A stretch of DNA of 64,000 nt from a virus. A program made the position numbers and the translations under genes. The stretch lies in the IMG/VR virus record IMGVR_UViG_3300013137_000013, positions 1 to 64,000 of that record. One strand, 5' to 3'. Shown in pieces: positions 29,693 to 39,870 of the stretch (positions are counted from its first letter, which is position 1; each line of letters starts with the position of its first letter). The notes beneath the pieces were generated by a model. That model ran no database searches, was not told the DNA's origin, and was given only the letters and a program-made list of their open reading frames with translations.

Positions 29693-32600
29693 ATGCAAGA
29701 TGAAATTTTAATAAAAAGATATAAGAGTGGAACCACAATTCATTATTTTAATACGGATATAAATCCTAATAATTATTCCACGTCAACAATACCAGCCATC
29801 GTAAAATTAAATTCGACGGACAACGTTCCCTTGGAACTTCATGGATATGATGGAGTATTTTTGACTGGTAATTCTCCAACTGTTTTGTGGAAAAGAAATG
29901 AACAACAGAATTCATATGATTCTGGAATAAATATGAATTATGTTATTGATACATATTTGCCAAATTCGAATTATGTTTCTGGAAGAACATTTTCTTTAAC
30001 CGTAAATATTCCTATTAATAAATTGAAAACAACTACACTATCAAATAGATTCTTTGATAGCATGAATAATCTATTTACAGCTGGCACTACATCATTTGTG
30101 TTTTTTGAACCGATTTTAATAGACGATTTGTATGCAAATGTTAAATTGGAAAAAACATTTGACGTTTTAAATACTTTAAATATTTATAACAAAGTTTCTG
30201 GCGAAATTCCAATTAGAGAATCTACAACTGGAGTAGTTTTTGGAAGATTAGAAGCCATTCAAAAAATTTCTGATACAAATGGGAATAGAATAAAAATCCC
30301 CTTGAGAAACGTTCCAATAGGAGTTTTTAATCCTTCTGTAGAATTCCAAACTCCAGATGAATTAGATAGTGAAGGGAATAGAATAAGGCTTAATTATAGA
30401 CCCCTTACAGTATCTGAGGATAATTATTCACAACAATCTCCACTTGGCTGTTTAGAATATTATTTTAATTCAGAATCCGCACAATTTGATAACATATTTC
30501 TTAAACAAACTCCAATGGATGGAATTAATGTCCACCCAACATTTAGTGGGGTTGTTTATACCAATGAAAACGGAGAATTTTTTTTACACAATGTCGAAAT
30601 TGGTCCTCAAATTTTATTTTTCGAGGTAGATTTATTAAAACAAGGACTCACCAAAGATGAGGTTGCTTTAAACTTTTTCCCATATCCACCAAACTATGAC
30701 AACATATTAATAGATACTGTTCCTCATTATTTTTACAGAGCAATCCCAATAGACGTTGTTCCAAGTTATGGAAGGTCTTATCAAACTGGATATACAGAAG
30801 TAGATGTTTCTGTTAATTTGGATTTGAGAAAATGGGCAACTTATATCATTCCTCCAGTAACGTATCAAAACAATGAAATTGATAGCGCAATCTATAGAAA
30901 AATTTCAAAAGCACCTCTTACTGTAAAAGTAAGAGATATGAGTAAATTTGATAAAAAGAAAGCGGCATCTACATCTGGGGCAATTAGAATAGAGACTTAC
31001 CCATCCACAGGAATTCAAATAGTTGAAATACAAAACATTGGCGACAAAAACTCCAATCAACAATGGGAGTGGGCTAATGAATTTTCTCAAATTAAAGACA
31101 AAGCACTTTTTTATTCATATGGTTATCATGCAGTAAAATTGCCTGCAAATATTTATGATGATCAATCATATAAAACAAATATTTATGGCATTCCAAAAAA
31201 CGGGACAACAGAAGAAGCAAAATTCTCAAAAGGAGTTTGGTTATGTGGTTATCAACTTAAAGTTTACTTAACAAAAGAAGATAAATATTATAGAACCACA
31301 GGAATGGAAGTTGGGTGGAATGGCTCTATTTCAGAAAAGTGGTATTCAAGAGACCATTATCATTGTAATTTATATGATACAAATAGGCTACCATCTATTT
31401 ATCAATTTGTTAATAGTGATAATAATTATAATACAGTGATAGGGCAAGGAATAGGTATTTATCCGTATGAACAAGCTTGGACTAAAAACTACCCAAAACC
31501 ATACAGTATTCCTAAAAAACCAACAATTTCGAATTTTATTGACCCTTATTTAGAAAAACCATATATGGAAACTCCAACATGGCAAGATGGGGACATTATT
31601 CGTGGAAGTTCATATTTAGGATTTGCTGGTTTTGGACTTGGCTGGAATGCAGAAATTGTGCAATATACGGATTTCGCAACAGATGTTATAGGAAATTCTA
31701 ACGATTCAGATATGTACAAATATGAACCAACAGTAAATGCAGATTGCGGTTGCTACGCCAATGGATATTGTTATGATTTAGATAATGCAAACTCTGGAAA
31801 TGGAGTTGGTAGCACATCAAGAGTAATTGGAGCAGAAGAATTTCAAAGAGTAGAGGCTGGTTATGGATATTTTTTATTTCCAAGTTCTATGCCTAGAATA
31901 ATTCCATATCCTTGGTATTATGATGGTCTTCATATCAAAGAGACTGATTATAGCAAATATAATCAACAAGATGCAATGTACACATCTCAAATACAATTGT
32001 TGTTTCAAGGATATAATCAAGTGCTTTTACATCATTATCATTCATTTAGTATACTAAATAATGGGAAAAGTATAGCAATGGATTTAAGTAAAAAAGGAGA
32101 TGGGGGAGTTATAAATGATAGATTAAATATTTATAGAATTATTAATGGAGCAAATAGACTACCATATACTACAAAACAATTAATAATACCGACATATTTT
32201 AATATCGGCTTGGGTGGTTTTATGGATGGTTGCTATTCATTTGTATTTATTAACGATGGAGAAATAACAGTTGAAATTGAAAACGCTTTTAGTACACCAT
32301 TAAATGCAAGTCATTTACGATATGGAGCTATAATGAACACAGATAACTCAAAAATTATTTTGCCACCTGGGAGTTATTTTATCATAACTAAAGCAAATGG
32401 TAATGATATTGAAGCAACTTTAAATTATACAAAAATAAATTATATTCCTGCAAATTTTGCTTTTAACGATGAACACAATAGATATACAAAAGCAAAATAT
32501 CATATAGTTGTATCACTTAATGATAGTACTTTAGACGGTCCATGGAATAGTAGTTCATCTGAATCATACGAAAATTATCAATCAATAACAAATCACCATT

Positions 32601-32854
32601 GGGCGGCCCATGGCGGATATGCAGATATAATTTTGAATATAGATGCAAATGAAATTCCAGAGGATTGGTTCTTAAATACAGAATCGACTGGAGGTGCTGA
32701 ATGTGCAACATTAGGGTGTGGGAGTGCAAGTAATGGAAATAGATATGGTATCACACAATGGGGTAGTGGTTCAGTCCAACCAAGCTGGTACAGGATTTGG
32801 GTTGGAAAAACAAAAATGTGTGATGTTTCTACATTCGGCGGCAATCCTTGTTAA
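29693..32854 (+). CDS. large baseplate/tail structural protein with carboxypeptidase-regulatory-like domain
   Basis: GVVFGRL..PLRNVPIGVF..TNENGEFFLHNVEIG; follows the gp6-like gene. Confidence 0.65.
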   Translation: MQDEILIKRYKSGTTIHYFNTDINPNNYSTSTIPAIVKLNSTDNVPLELHGYDGVFLTGNSPTVLWKRNEQQNSYDSGINMNYVIDTYLPNSNYVSGRTFSLTVNIPINKLKTTTLSNRFFDSMNNLFTAGTTSFVFFEPILIDDLYANVKLEKTFDVLNTLNIYNKVSGEIPIRESTTGVVFGRLEAIQKISDTNGNRIKIPLRNVPIGVFNPSVEFQTPDELDSEGNRIRLNYRPLTVSEDNYSQQSPLGCLEYYFNSESAQFDNIFLKQTPMDGINVHPTFSGVVYTNENGEFFLHNVEIGPQILFFEVDLLKQGLTKDEVALNFFPYPPNYDNILIDTVPHYFYRAIPIDVVPSYGRSYQTGYTEVDVSVNLDLRKWATYIIPPVTYQNNEIDSAIYRKISKAPLTVKVRDMSKFDKKKAASTSGAIRIETYPSTGIQIVEIQNIGDKNSNQQWEWANEFSQIKDKALFYSYGYHAVKLPANIYDDQSYKTNIYGIPKNGTTEEAKFSKGVWLCGYQLKVYLTKEDKYYRTTGMEVGWNGSISEKWYSRDHYHCNLYDTNRLPSIYQFVNSDNNYNTVIGQGIGIYPYEQAWTKNYPKPYSIPKKPTISNFIDPYLEKPYMETPTWQDGDIIRGSSYLGFAGFGLGWNAEIVQYTDFATDVIGNSNDSDMYKYEPTVNADCGCYANGYCYDLDNANSGNGVGSTSRVIGAEEFQRVEAGYGYFLFPSSMPRIIPYPWYYDGLHIKETDYSKYNQQDAMYTSQIQLLFQGYNQVLLHHYHSFSILNNGKSIAMDLSKKGDGGVINDRLNIYRIINGANRLPYTTKQLIIPTYFNIGLGGFMDGCYSFVFINDGEITVEIENAFSTPLNASHLRYGAIMNTDNSKIILPPGSYFIITKANGNDIEATLNYTKINYIPANFAFNDEHNRYTKAKYHIVVSLNDSTLDGPWNSSSSESYENYQSITNHHWAAHGGYADIILNIDANEIPEDWFLNTESTGGAECATLGCGSASNGNRYGITQWGSGSVQPSWYRIWVGKTKMCDVSTFGGNPC

Positions 32855-32866
32855 AATTAAACAAAA

Positions 32867-34273
32867 ATGGATGAAAGAAGAAGAATATTATTAGGAAATA
32901 AAGATATATTATCCAGAAAGATTAAAGATTTTTATCTTGATATAAATCTTTCTAGGGATAATAAAGAGATTATACCATACAAATATGATAATGTTTTTGA
33001 TTTAACAAGGTTTTATGACCAAGAAAGAAATCAAAGCAGAAATTTTATCATATATGGCATTATAGATTCTTGTTCTTGGGATTGTGATAATCTATTAATT
33101 CAAGTATACCAATCCCCAGATTTAGATACTCCAAATTATTTATGTAGTACAGTAACAAAAAATGTTGTTAATCAAGCTATGCCATTTAAGAATATTTTTA
33201 ATAAACTGAGAGGAAGATATATTATTGATAATATTCCAACAACCTTTACTGGATGTTCCGTTTATTTAAAGGTAAATGTTCCTGGATATACATATATTAC
33301 TGAACAACAATTAATTTTTACAACATTAACATTAAGCAGTACTGGTGAAAAAGTTATTGAACAACTCAAATATGGAATAGATGAGGCTATTACTGATTGT
33401 GACGGAAATGTAATTCCAATAACTAATGATTTTGATTTTTTTTATAATAAACATTGGATTAAAAAAGATATATTTGCCACCGACTATAGAACTATTTGGG
33501 TTGGAAATCCAGAGGATTTTTTATGTATACAAGACCAATACGGATATAATACAGGAATGGCACATTATAATTCAGTAATTGAATTATATGCTATTAACCA
33601 TTATCCAACTGGAAACATGCAAAATAACGCCCCCCCTTATGATGTGGCAGATTTTGAGAATCTTGGAGCTTGCCCATTACCAATTCCAACAGAACAACTT
33701 ACAATTATACAAAGCCCATCAAATGGAGGAACATTTATTATAAATCCAGAAAAATTAAATTTATTATATTTGCCAATTGATAATGTTCACATATCTGCAA
33801 CAGCCAATAGTTGTTTCAATTTTTCTGCTTTCACATATTCAGATGGCACTATAATTCCACACAATGTCACAGATAATGGAATTGATGTTTTAATGAATAG
33901 CGCCCAAACCATTTCTGTTATTTACAATTACAAAAAATATACATTAAGAGTTAGATTTACTTATACTGTAGAGACTAGTCCTTACGACAGCTATGACTTA
34001 AACGAATTTCCACTTGACATAAATACTAGTCAATCACCAGTAAGAATAAATGGAATACTAACTGCAAATAATGTTGATTTAATATTTAATTGTGGAGATG
34101 TAGTATATATTTCACATTTTCTCAATACAATTTTTTCACAATCATTAGGTAGATTTTGGCTTGGCGATGTAGTATTTGAAGGAAATAGCCACTCGCCAAA
34201 TGATTTTGATTTTATAATTAATTCTGATTCTACTTTAGAAATTGTATATGTTGCTTATTATCATCATCAATAG
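32867..34273 (+). CDS. structural protein with InlB-B-repeat-like domain
   Basis: LTIIQSPSNGGT...ISATANSCFNFSAF...MNSAQTISVIY. Confidence 0.6.
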   Translation: MDERRRILLGNKDILSRKIKDFYLDINLSRDNKEIIPYKYDNVFDLTRFYDQERNQSRNFIIYGIIDSCSWDCDNLLIQVYQSPDLDTPNYLCSTVTKNVVNQAMPFKNIFNKLRGRYIIDNIPTTFTGCSVYLKVNVPGYTYITEQQLIFTTLTLSSTGEKVIEQLKYGIDEAITDCDGNVIPITNDFDFFYNKHWIKKDIFATDYRTIWVGNPEDFLCIQDQYGYNTGMAHYNSVIELYAINHYPTGNMQNNAPPYDVADFENLGACPLPIPTEQLTIIQSPSNGGTFIINPEKLNLLYLPIDNVHISATANSCFNFSAFTYSDGTIIPHNVTDNGIDVLMNSAQTISVIYNYKKYTLRVRFTYTVETSPYDSYDLNEFPLDINTSQSPVRINGILTANNVDLIFNCGDVVYISHFLNTIFSQSLGRFWLGDVVFEGNSHSPNDFDFIINSDSTLEIVYVAYYHHQ

Positions 34274-34297
34274 TATTCTAATTTTAAAAAATAAATT

Positions 34298-34873
34298 ATG
34301 AATTTAAACAAAAACTACATAAAAAAAACTATATTTCTTCAAAAAAGAGACAAATCTCCCTTTACTCCAATCAGTACTCTTGATATTCAAGATTTGAATT
34401 TTTCGCAAGGTCTTCAAAAGGGTTATTTTTCTATACCAGAAGACATGTATGTCAACGTTTTGTTAACAAAAACATGTGAAATTTTTGAATATGTTGACAC
34501 AAAAAAAGATGATAGAATATATGCGATTGACAGACAATTAATAAATCCATATTATATAAATTTCGATTTTTTTAATACGGTAAGAAGAATAAAAGTCAAC
34601 ACTTCAGATGATTTAACACTACAAATGAAAGCGCATCTTCAAACTGCTTATACGGAGTCAATAATGCTATATTCTGCAAGCACAGACCCAACCACTACTT
34701 GGTTTAATGAAATTGGTTATAATATTCTTGTAAATGATATAATAATAACAGTTGATGATGTTACAGGATTAAAGCGAGAAGAAAATGGATTAGAAAGATT
34801 AGAAAAAATTAAAAAAACATTTTATAGTGTTGTTTCCAAAGCTTTTTATTTCCCAATAGATATAAATAAATAA
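34298..34873 (+). CDS. hypothetical structural protein
   Basis: 191 aa within the baseplate operon. Confidence 0.7.
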   Translation: MNLNKNYIKKTIFLQKRDKSPFTPISTLDIQDLNFSQGLQKGYFSIPEDMYVNVLLTKTCEIFEYVDTKKDDRIYAIDRQLINPYYINFDFFNTVRRIKVNTSDDLTLQMKAHLQTAYTESIMLYSASTDPTTTWFNEIGYNILVNDIIITVDDVTGLKREENGLERLEKIKKTFYSVVSKAFYFPIDINK

Positions 34874-34875
34874 GA

Positions 34876-37278
34876 ATGGAACAAATTCATGACATATTAA
34901 TTAATAGATTTTTTACTGGTTCCACCAGTGCAACTACTATTGTCACCACTCAAAGTGATTTGAAATATGAGAATAGTTATTACTATAACCCCATTGGAAC
35001 TCCAGACATTATAGTAGATTATTCAAACGTAAGAGCATTTTTGTCAAATGAAAACAATCAAAAATTCGTTCAAGAATATTATTCATTTTTGACATCTTCT
35101 ACGTTAATGAATTCTGCAATTTTGGCTGACCCAAATACAACACTTTTTATTCCAACGGCTGCATTTAAAGAAATTTATTACGATGATGAAAAACTTGCAG
35201 AATCTTATAATAATTTTTACAATTCATCTCTTTTAAGGGGACTTGATACCAATTACATATCTAATCCTGATATTACAAATACTTCACTTAAAAATTTGCT
35301 ATTGTCAGACGGTGTTAATCAATTGATAACTCAAAATGTTTTTCATAATTATTATTTTTGGCAAAGTTCCATCCCAGCAAATCCAGCGTATTCACCACCA
35401 AAAAATCCATTTTTTACAGCTGGAACCCCATACTATACATCCCCACCATTAGATGTTTATGGAGGAGATAGAGACGAAAGTGCAGAAGAGAGGCTTGTTG
35501 AAATTCCTATAAATAAGGAAAATTATTATGTAAATGTTTTATTACTAAAAAGATTTACTCAAACAGCAAGAATGGCATTCGAGACATGCAACAATGTTAT
35601 ATATAAAACAATAAACTCAACAAACACACTTTCTCAAAATCCAACTGATACAATAAGATATAATGATTTTGTAACGACATCAAATACAAGATTAACAAGC
35701 AATTTAGATGGGTCTCAGATTGTAACAATCCAGCAATCATACGATAAAGCGCTACAAGAAAATTTTACTCAATCAACAATTGATATTTCAGAATCAGAAT
35801 TACAAACTGGGAAAACATATTTACAATGCTTTGTTGACCCTAATTTTAAAACTAATGAAAATGAATATTGGACTGATATTAAGGCCAATTATGTTAGATT
35901 TGAGCATTCTTCTTATTCTTTACCGATTGGAAACACCATAGGGGTCAAAGTTATTTTACAACATCCCGCAGAAGAATATGTAACCGTAGAAGTAAAAATA
36001 GTAAACGAAACAGCTAATTCTTATTATGATTATAATATACTTTCTCCATTTCATACTTTAGAAACAAACAAATATATCACTGTTTACTTTAATGAAGGAG
36101 AAAGTGTAAAAACAATATATTTTGAAAATTCTTACACTTCTTACGAAATTGGCACAGAAGAAGTGGGGAAAACATTACCAATACCACAAAGCGAGAATTC
36201 TAATGTAAATATTTTAGGAGAAATTAGCGGAGGCACATCCAATGCCAAGACGTTTGTAATTCAACCATCTCAGATTGATACTGCCACAACATTAGAAAAT
36301 TCCTCAATGAGATTTGCAACCATAGAAGATTTAAATACTATTACGTCATCTACTACTTTTATCAACACAACATATACGCCACCAAATAATGATTATATAG
36401 AAGTAAATAATTTAACAGAAATTGCTACTTCTTTAACTGATGCTGGATTCAAACTTGGGGGTGCGTATGGTTTGAGTAAACAAGGCTATGTTTTCAGAAG
36501 TAAATTTAAAGATTTAGATTTCTTTGTTACTAAAAATAATGAAACGTCCATTTTGGTTGTACCATATGAAATAATAATAGAAAACTTTATCCCAGATTCA
36601 ATTCCAAGTCAACTCAAAACCTTTCTTTCTTATATATTTGCAACTAGAATAAAGGTAAGTAAAATAAAAAAACAATTTTCAACCAAAACCGATTTAATTA
36701 ATGTTTGGTATTCTATTTATACAGATTATGGAGTAATAGAACTGTTCTTTTATAATAATTCTTTTAAAGTAAATTTATTAATGCCAGAACTTGTAGATTA
36801 TACTGAAATTTTAACATTGAAAAGCTTAGTGGCACGTCCAAAAGACTTAAACGACGTAGAGCTTTTTGTTCCATATGCTACACCACTTCGTATAAATCAA
36901 AATTCAATAATAAATGCAAGCTCTGAGTATGCAAAATCAATCACTATTAATCAATCAACCTTAAAAACATATACAATAACAACAATTGATACTAAAAACA
37001 TTCTCTTAACTTTATCAAATTCATATGGAGGTTTATTAATTGGAAATATTAGCAGTACTAATATAGCAACGGAAAGGTACCAAGTTCAATATGAAACAGA
37101 AACAGAGCCAGAGCCAGCATCAGAAGTAACACAAGCATCTCAAACACAGCAAGTTCAAACAGAAGAAGTAATGACATGGGGAAGCGAACCAGACCCACCA
37201 GAAGGAGGAGACTCACAATCAGAACAAACTCAAGGTGGAGATTCTGGAGGCGACTCTGGAGATGGTGGAGATTATTAG
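34876..37278 (+). CDS. structural protein with Calx-beta-like domain and acidic tail
   Basis: VRFEHSSYSL..VTVEV..TA..DY..VYFNEGESVKTI; C-term E/Q/G/D low complexity. Confidence 0.6.
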   Translation: MEQIHDILINRFFTGSTSATTIVTTQSDLKYENSYYYNPIGTPDIIVDYSNVRAFLSNENNQKFVQEYYSFLTSSTLMNSAILADPNTTLFIPTAAFKEIYYDDEKLAESYNNFYNSSLLRGLDTNYISNPDITNTSLKNLLLSDGVNQLITQNVFHNYYFWQSSIPANPAYSPPKNPFFTAGTPYYTSPPLDVYGGDRDESAEERLVEIPINKENYYVNVLLLKRFTQTARMAFETCNNVIYKTINSTNTLSQNPTDTIRYNDFVTTSNTRLTSNLDGSQIVTIQQSYDKALQENFTQSTIDISESELQTGKTYLQCFVDPNFKTNENEYWTDIKANYVRFEHSSYSLPIGNTIGVKVILQHPAEEYVTVEVKIVNETANSYYDYNILSPFHTLETNKYITVYFNEGESVKTIYFENSYTSYEIGTEEVGKTLPIPQSENSNVNILGEISGGTSNAKTFVIQPSQIDTATTLENSSMRFATIEDLNTITSSTTFINTTYTPPNNDYIEVNNLTEIATSLTDAGFKLGGAYGLSKQGYVFRSKFKDLDFFVTKNNETSILVVPYEIIIENFIPDSIPSQLKTFLSYIFATRIKVSKIKKQFSTKTDLINVWYSIYTDYGVIELFFYNNSFKVNLLMPELVDYTEILTLKSLVARPKDLNDVELFVPYATPLRINQNSIINASSEYAKSITINQSTLKTYTITTIDTKNILLTLSNSYGGLLIGNISSTNIATERYQVQYETETEPEPASEVTQASQTQQVQTEEVMTWGSEPDPPEGGDSQSEQTQGGDSGGDSGDGGDY

Positions 37279-37320
37279 TGAACATAAATTTTTTTAAATT
37301 ATTTATAAAAAAGCAAAATT

Positions 37321-38196
37321 ATGGCAGTAGGAATTTACGGTACGAAAAAATTAGCAGACGTTGACTTCAATGATGTTGATGTTTTGTATGCATATGCCCC
37401 CACCAGGGAATCTGTTACAGACAATCAATTAAGACCGTTATTTGCTAATATTACCAACAGCGACTTTACTAAAATGTTTGGGGCTGACGGTGCATATAAG
37501 TTAAAATTACCAGCATCGGTTTTTAATAAACTTGGATTTTATGCAGTTTTAATAAAACCAAAAACATTTGAAACGAATATTATAGACTGTTCTTTTGTCG
37601 TAACAGAAACTGTAGAAGAAATTCAAATTTCAAGAAAGGGAATTGTTATCCCAAAATTGCAATTTCAAGGAACTGGTAGTTTAATTGGTTATCAAATAGA
37701 ATATTTTGATGATAATGGAATAAAAATTAAAAATTTTCATAAAATTGTAACAGGAAGTGACCCCGTAAGCCCAGCACAAAACTCTAATCAATCAGTGCAA
37801 GGGTCAACAACCAGTTACACTTTAAATGACAATGGAGCCTCATTGTTTTTAACTTTGACACCAGATGAAGTTAGTTTAATATCAAATTTGGCAAAAGCTG
37901 ACTTGGGAAAGGCGGGACAAAAAATATTAATTTCCAATACATTTTTTGACCCAGTAATGCTAGAGATTGAAATGGTTGACCAAACCGTTAAAACTTTAAG
38001 TTATGGTATATTTGGAAACTCTACAAGAGATATGGAAACTGGTTTATTCTCTATATTTGATGAAAATAACAATCTTTACAAACAATATAATTTGTTAACC
38101 AGGAAGAAAGTGTTTACAAATGGTAATATTGATTATAAAGAACAAAGAACATCTATAAATTATAATCAAAACTTTAATGACTTATCGCAACAATAA
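37321..38196 (+). CDS. putative baseplate/virion protein
   Basis: 291 aa; own TATTTATA motif at 37300; terminator downstream. Confidence 0.7.
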   Translation: MAVGIYGTKKLADVDFNDVDVLYAYAPTRESVTDNQLRPLFANITNSDFTKMFGADGAYKLKLPASVFNKLGFYAVLIKPKTFETNIIDCSFVVTETVEEIQISRKGIVIPKLQFQGTGSLIGYQIEYFDDNGIKIKNFHKIVTGSDPVSPAQNSNQSVQGSTTSYTLNDNGASLFLTLTPDEVSLISNLAKADLGKAGQKILISNTFFDPVMLEIEMVDQTVKTLSYGIFGNSTRDMETGLFSIFDENNNLYKQYNLLTRKKVFTNGNIDYKEQRTSINYNQNFNDLSQQ

Positions 38197-38197
38197 T

Positions 38198-38226
38198 AAA
38201 AAAAGCCCCAAATTGAGGGGCTTTTC
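38198..38226. terminator. bidirectional intrinsic terminator
   Basis: AAAAGCCCC-N7-GGGGCTTTT between convergent genes. Confidence 0.85.
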
Positions 38227-38228
38227 TA

Positions 38229-39839
38229 TTAATTATAATTGTATCCTATATTCCAATAGAATGTTGTTGTAGATGCTCGATAAACAAATGAGATAATGTC
38301 TTCGGCATTTATGCCTGATGATAAAAGTACAGAACCACCACCGCCATTTACAATCTTATGAGTACCTGGAGTTCCACTAAATGATAATGTTCTGCTACCA
38401 GAACCATCTTGCTGTACAATTAATGTTCCAGAATCACCATCAGAAACGCCAGTTATTGATAAACTTCTATTTCCACCTAATTGGGCAAATGCATTTGCGC
38501 CCAAATCATATCCCCACGTAATTGTGGCATCATCAATAAGTGTTTGGAATGCACTCGTTCCAGAAACAACATTTCCATTAATATCTATGCCCAATCCAGC
38601 AACCAATGTCCCAGTATCTAACTTATTAACATTTAACCTATACACATATGTTGTGTATGCTTGCGTTCCAGTTAATGAAAATCCACCAATAATTGCACTA
38701 TAATTTGCAGTAGAATCTAAATAATTATTCGAACCTCCCAAAATTACGCCACAACTTGCATCATTAGCATTTAGTGAGCCGTGTGTCAAAGAGTAACTTC
38801 CTTTTGCTGTTGTATGATTTCCAAAAGTATTTGAATTCTTGCCCAATGCCGTTGTATAGGCACCCTCTGCATGAGATGCTTCTCCTGAAGCTATTGTGTA
38901 ATATCCTTCTGCATGAGAATATTGCCCATATGCCGTTGTATAACATCCTTCTGCATGACTATATCCTGGCTGAATGAGTTGTGAATATCCACCTGCAGTT
39001 GTGTAATATCCCTCTGCATGAGATGCTTCTCCTGAAGTCATTGTATAGTACCCTTCTGCATGAGATGCTTCTCCTGATGCTATTGTGTGATTCCCTTCTG
39101 CATGAGAATATTGTCCATATGATACAGTATTTTTTCCTTCTGTATGAGATGTTGCTCCATTTGCTGTTGTTTGACCCCCTTCTGAATGTGAATTATTTCC
39201 AACCGTAGTTGTTAAACCCCCTTCAGCATGAGATACTGCTCCAGATGCTATATTATATCCGCCTTCCGCATGAGATGCTAATCCAAAAGATATATTATAT
39301 CCACCTTCAGCGTGAGAAGCATCCCCAATGGCAGTAGTTCCAGAACCTTCTGAATGACTTGCACTTCCTGAAGTTATTGTCTCAACTCCCTCTGCATGAG
39401 ATGAATAACCATTAGCTAATGTTAATTGCCCTTGTGCAAATGAATAATCCCCACCTGCTACTGTATTATAACCAGCAGCAAAAGAAGTATTGCCACTAGC
39501 AAGGGTTGAATTATTGCAAGCAAACGATGAATAACCCGTGCCACTGGTGTTAAATCCTGATGCGGTTGCATAATTTCCAGTTGCATCTGTTCCACTATCA
39601 TTATTTTCTTTAACAGAATAATTACCACTTGAACCAGAAATCCATATATCAGAACCTTGTGCTTGAAAAACGTTATATAAATCTGTGTTGCCAGAATAAA
39701 GGGTTCCTCCACTAAGAGAAGTTGAATAAGCTTCATTAAAGGTAGCGGCATTGAAAGATGATGTTGCACTAAATGCATTATTTAGCGCAACCCTTCCTTG
39801 GTCAAGCGTATATGAACTTAATAATAATTCGCCAATCAT
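38229..39839 (-). CDS. tail fibre/adhesin with YadA-head-like SHAEG beta-roll repeats
   Basis: 13 SH[AST]EG repeats with a 14-aa period; C-terminal beta-sandwich (GDSGTLIVQQDGSGSRTL). Confidence 0.8.
   Translation of the reverse strand: MIGELLLSSYTLDQGRVALNNAFSATSSFNAATFNEAYSTSLSGGTLYSGNTDLYNVFQAQGSDIWISGSSGNYSVKENNDSGTDATGNYATASGFNTSGTGYSSFACNNSTLASGNTSFAAGYNTVAGGDYSFAQGQLTLANGYSSHAEGVETITSGSASHSEGSGTTAIGDASHAEGGYNISFGLASHAEGGYNIASGAVSHAEGGLTTTVGNNSHSEGGQTTANGATSHTEGKNTVSYGQYSHAEGNHTIASGEASHAEGYYTMTSGEASHAEGYYTTAGGYSQLIQPGYSHAEGCYTTAYGQYSHAEGYYTIASGEASHAEGAYTTALGKNSNTFGNHTTAKGSYSLTHGSLNANDASCGVILGGSNNYLDSTANYSAIIGGFSLTGTQAYTTYVYRLNVNKLDTGTLVAGLGIDINGNVVSGTSAFQTLIDDATITWGYDLGANAFAQLGGNRSLSITGVSDGDSGTLIVQQDGSGSRTLSFSGTPGTHKIVNGGGGSVLLSSGINAEDIISFVYRASTTTFYWNIGYNYN
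38862..39402 (-). repeat. 42-nt coding tandem repeat (SHAEG units)
   Basis: recurring CC[TC]TCTGCATGAGA core at ~42-nt spacing, with one 63-nt unit. Confidence 0.9.
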
Positions 39840-39870
39840 TTTTATTTTTTTTATAAATAGTTAAACAAAA

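Noticed and set aside
38862-39402. Regularly spaced repeats resembling a CRISPR array
   Set aside because: The period is 42 nt, in frame inside an ORF, with third-position variation; it is a protein repeat, not repeat-spacer structure
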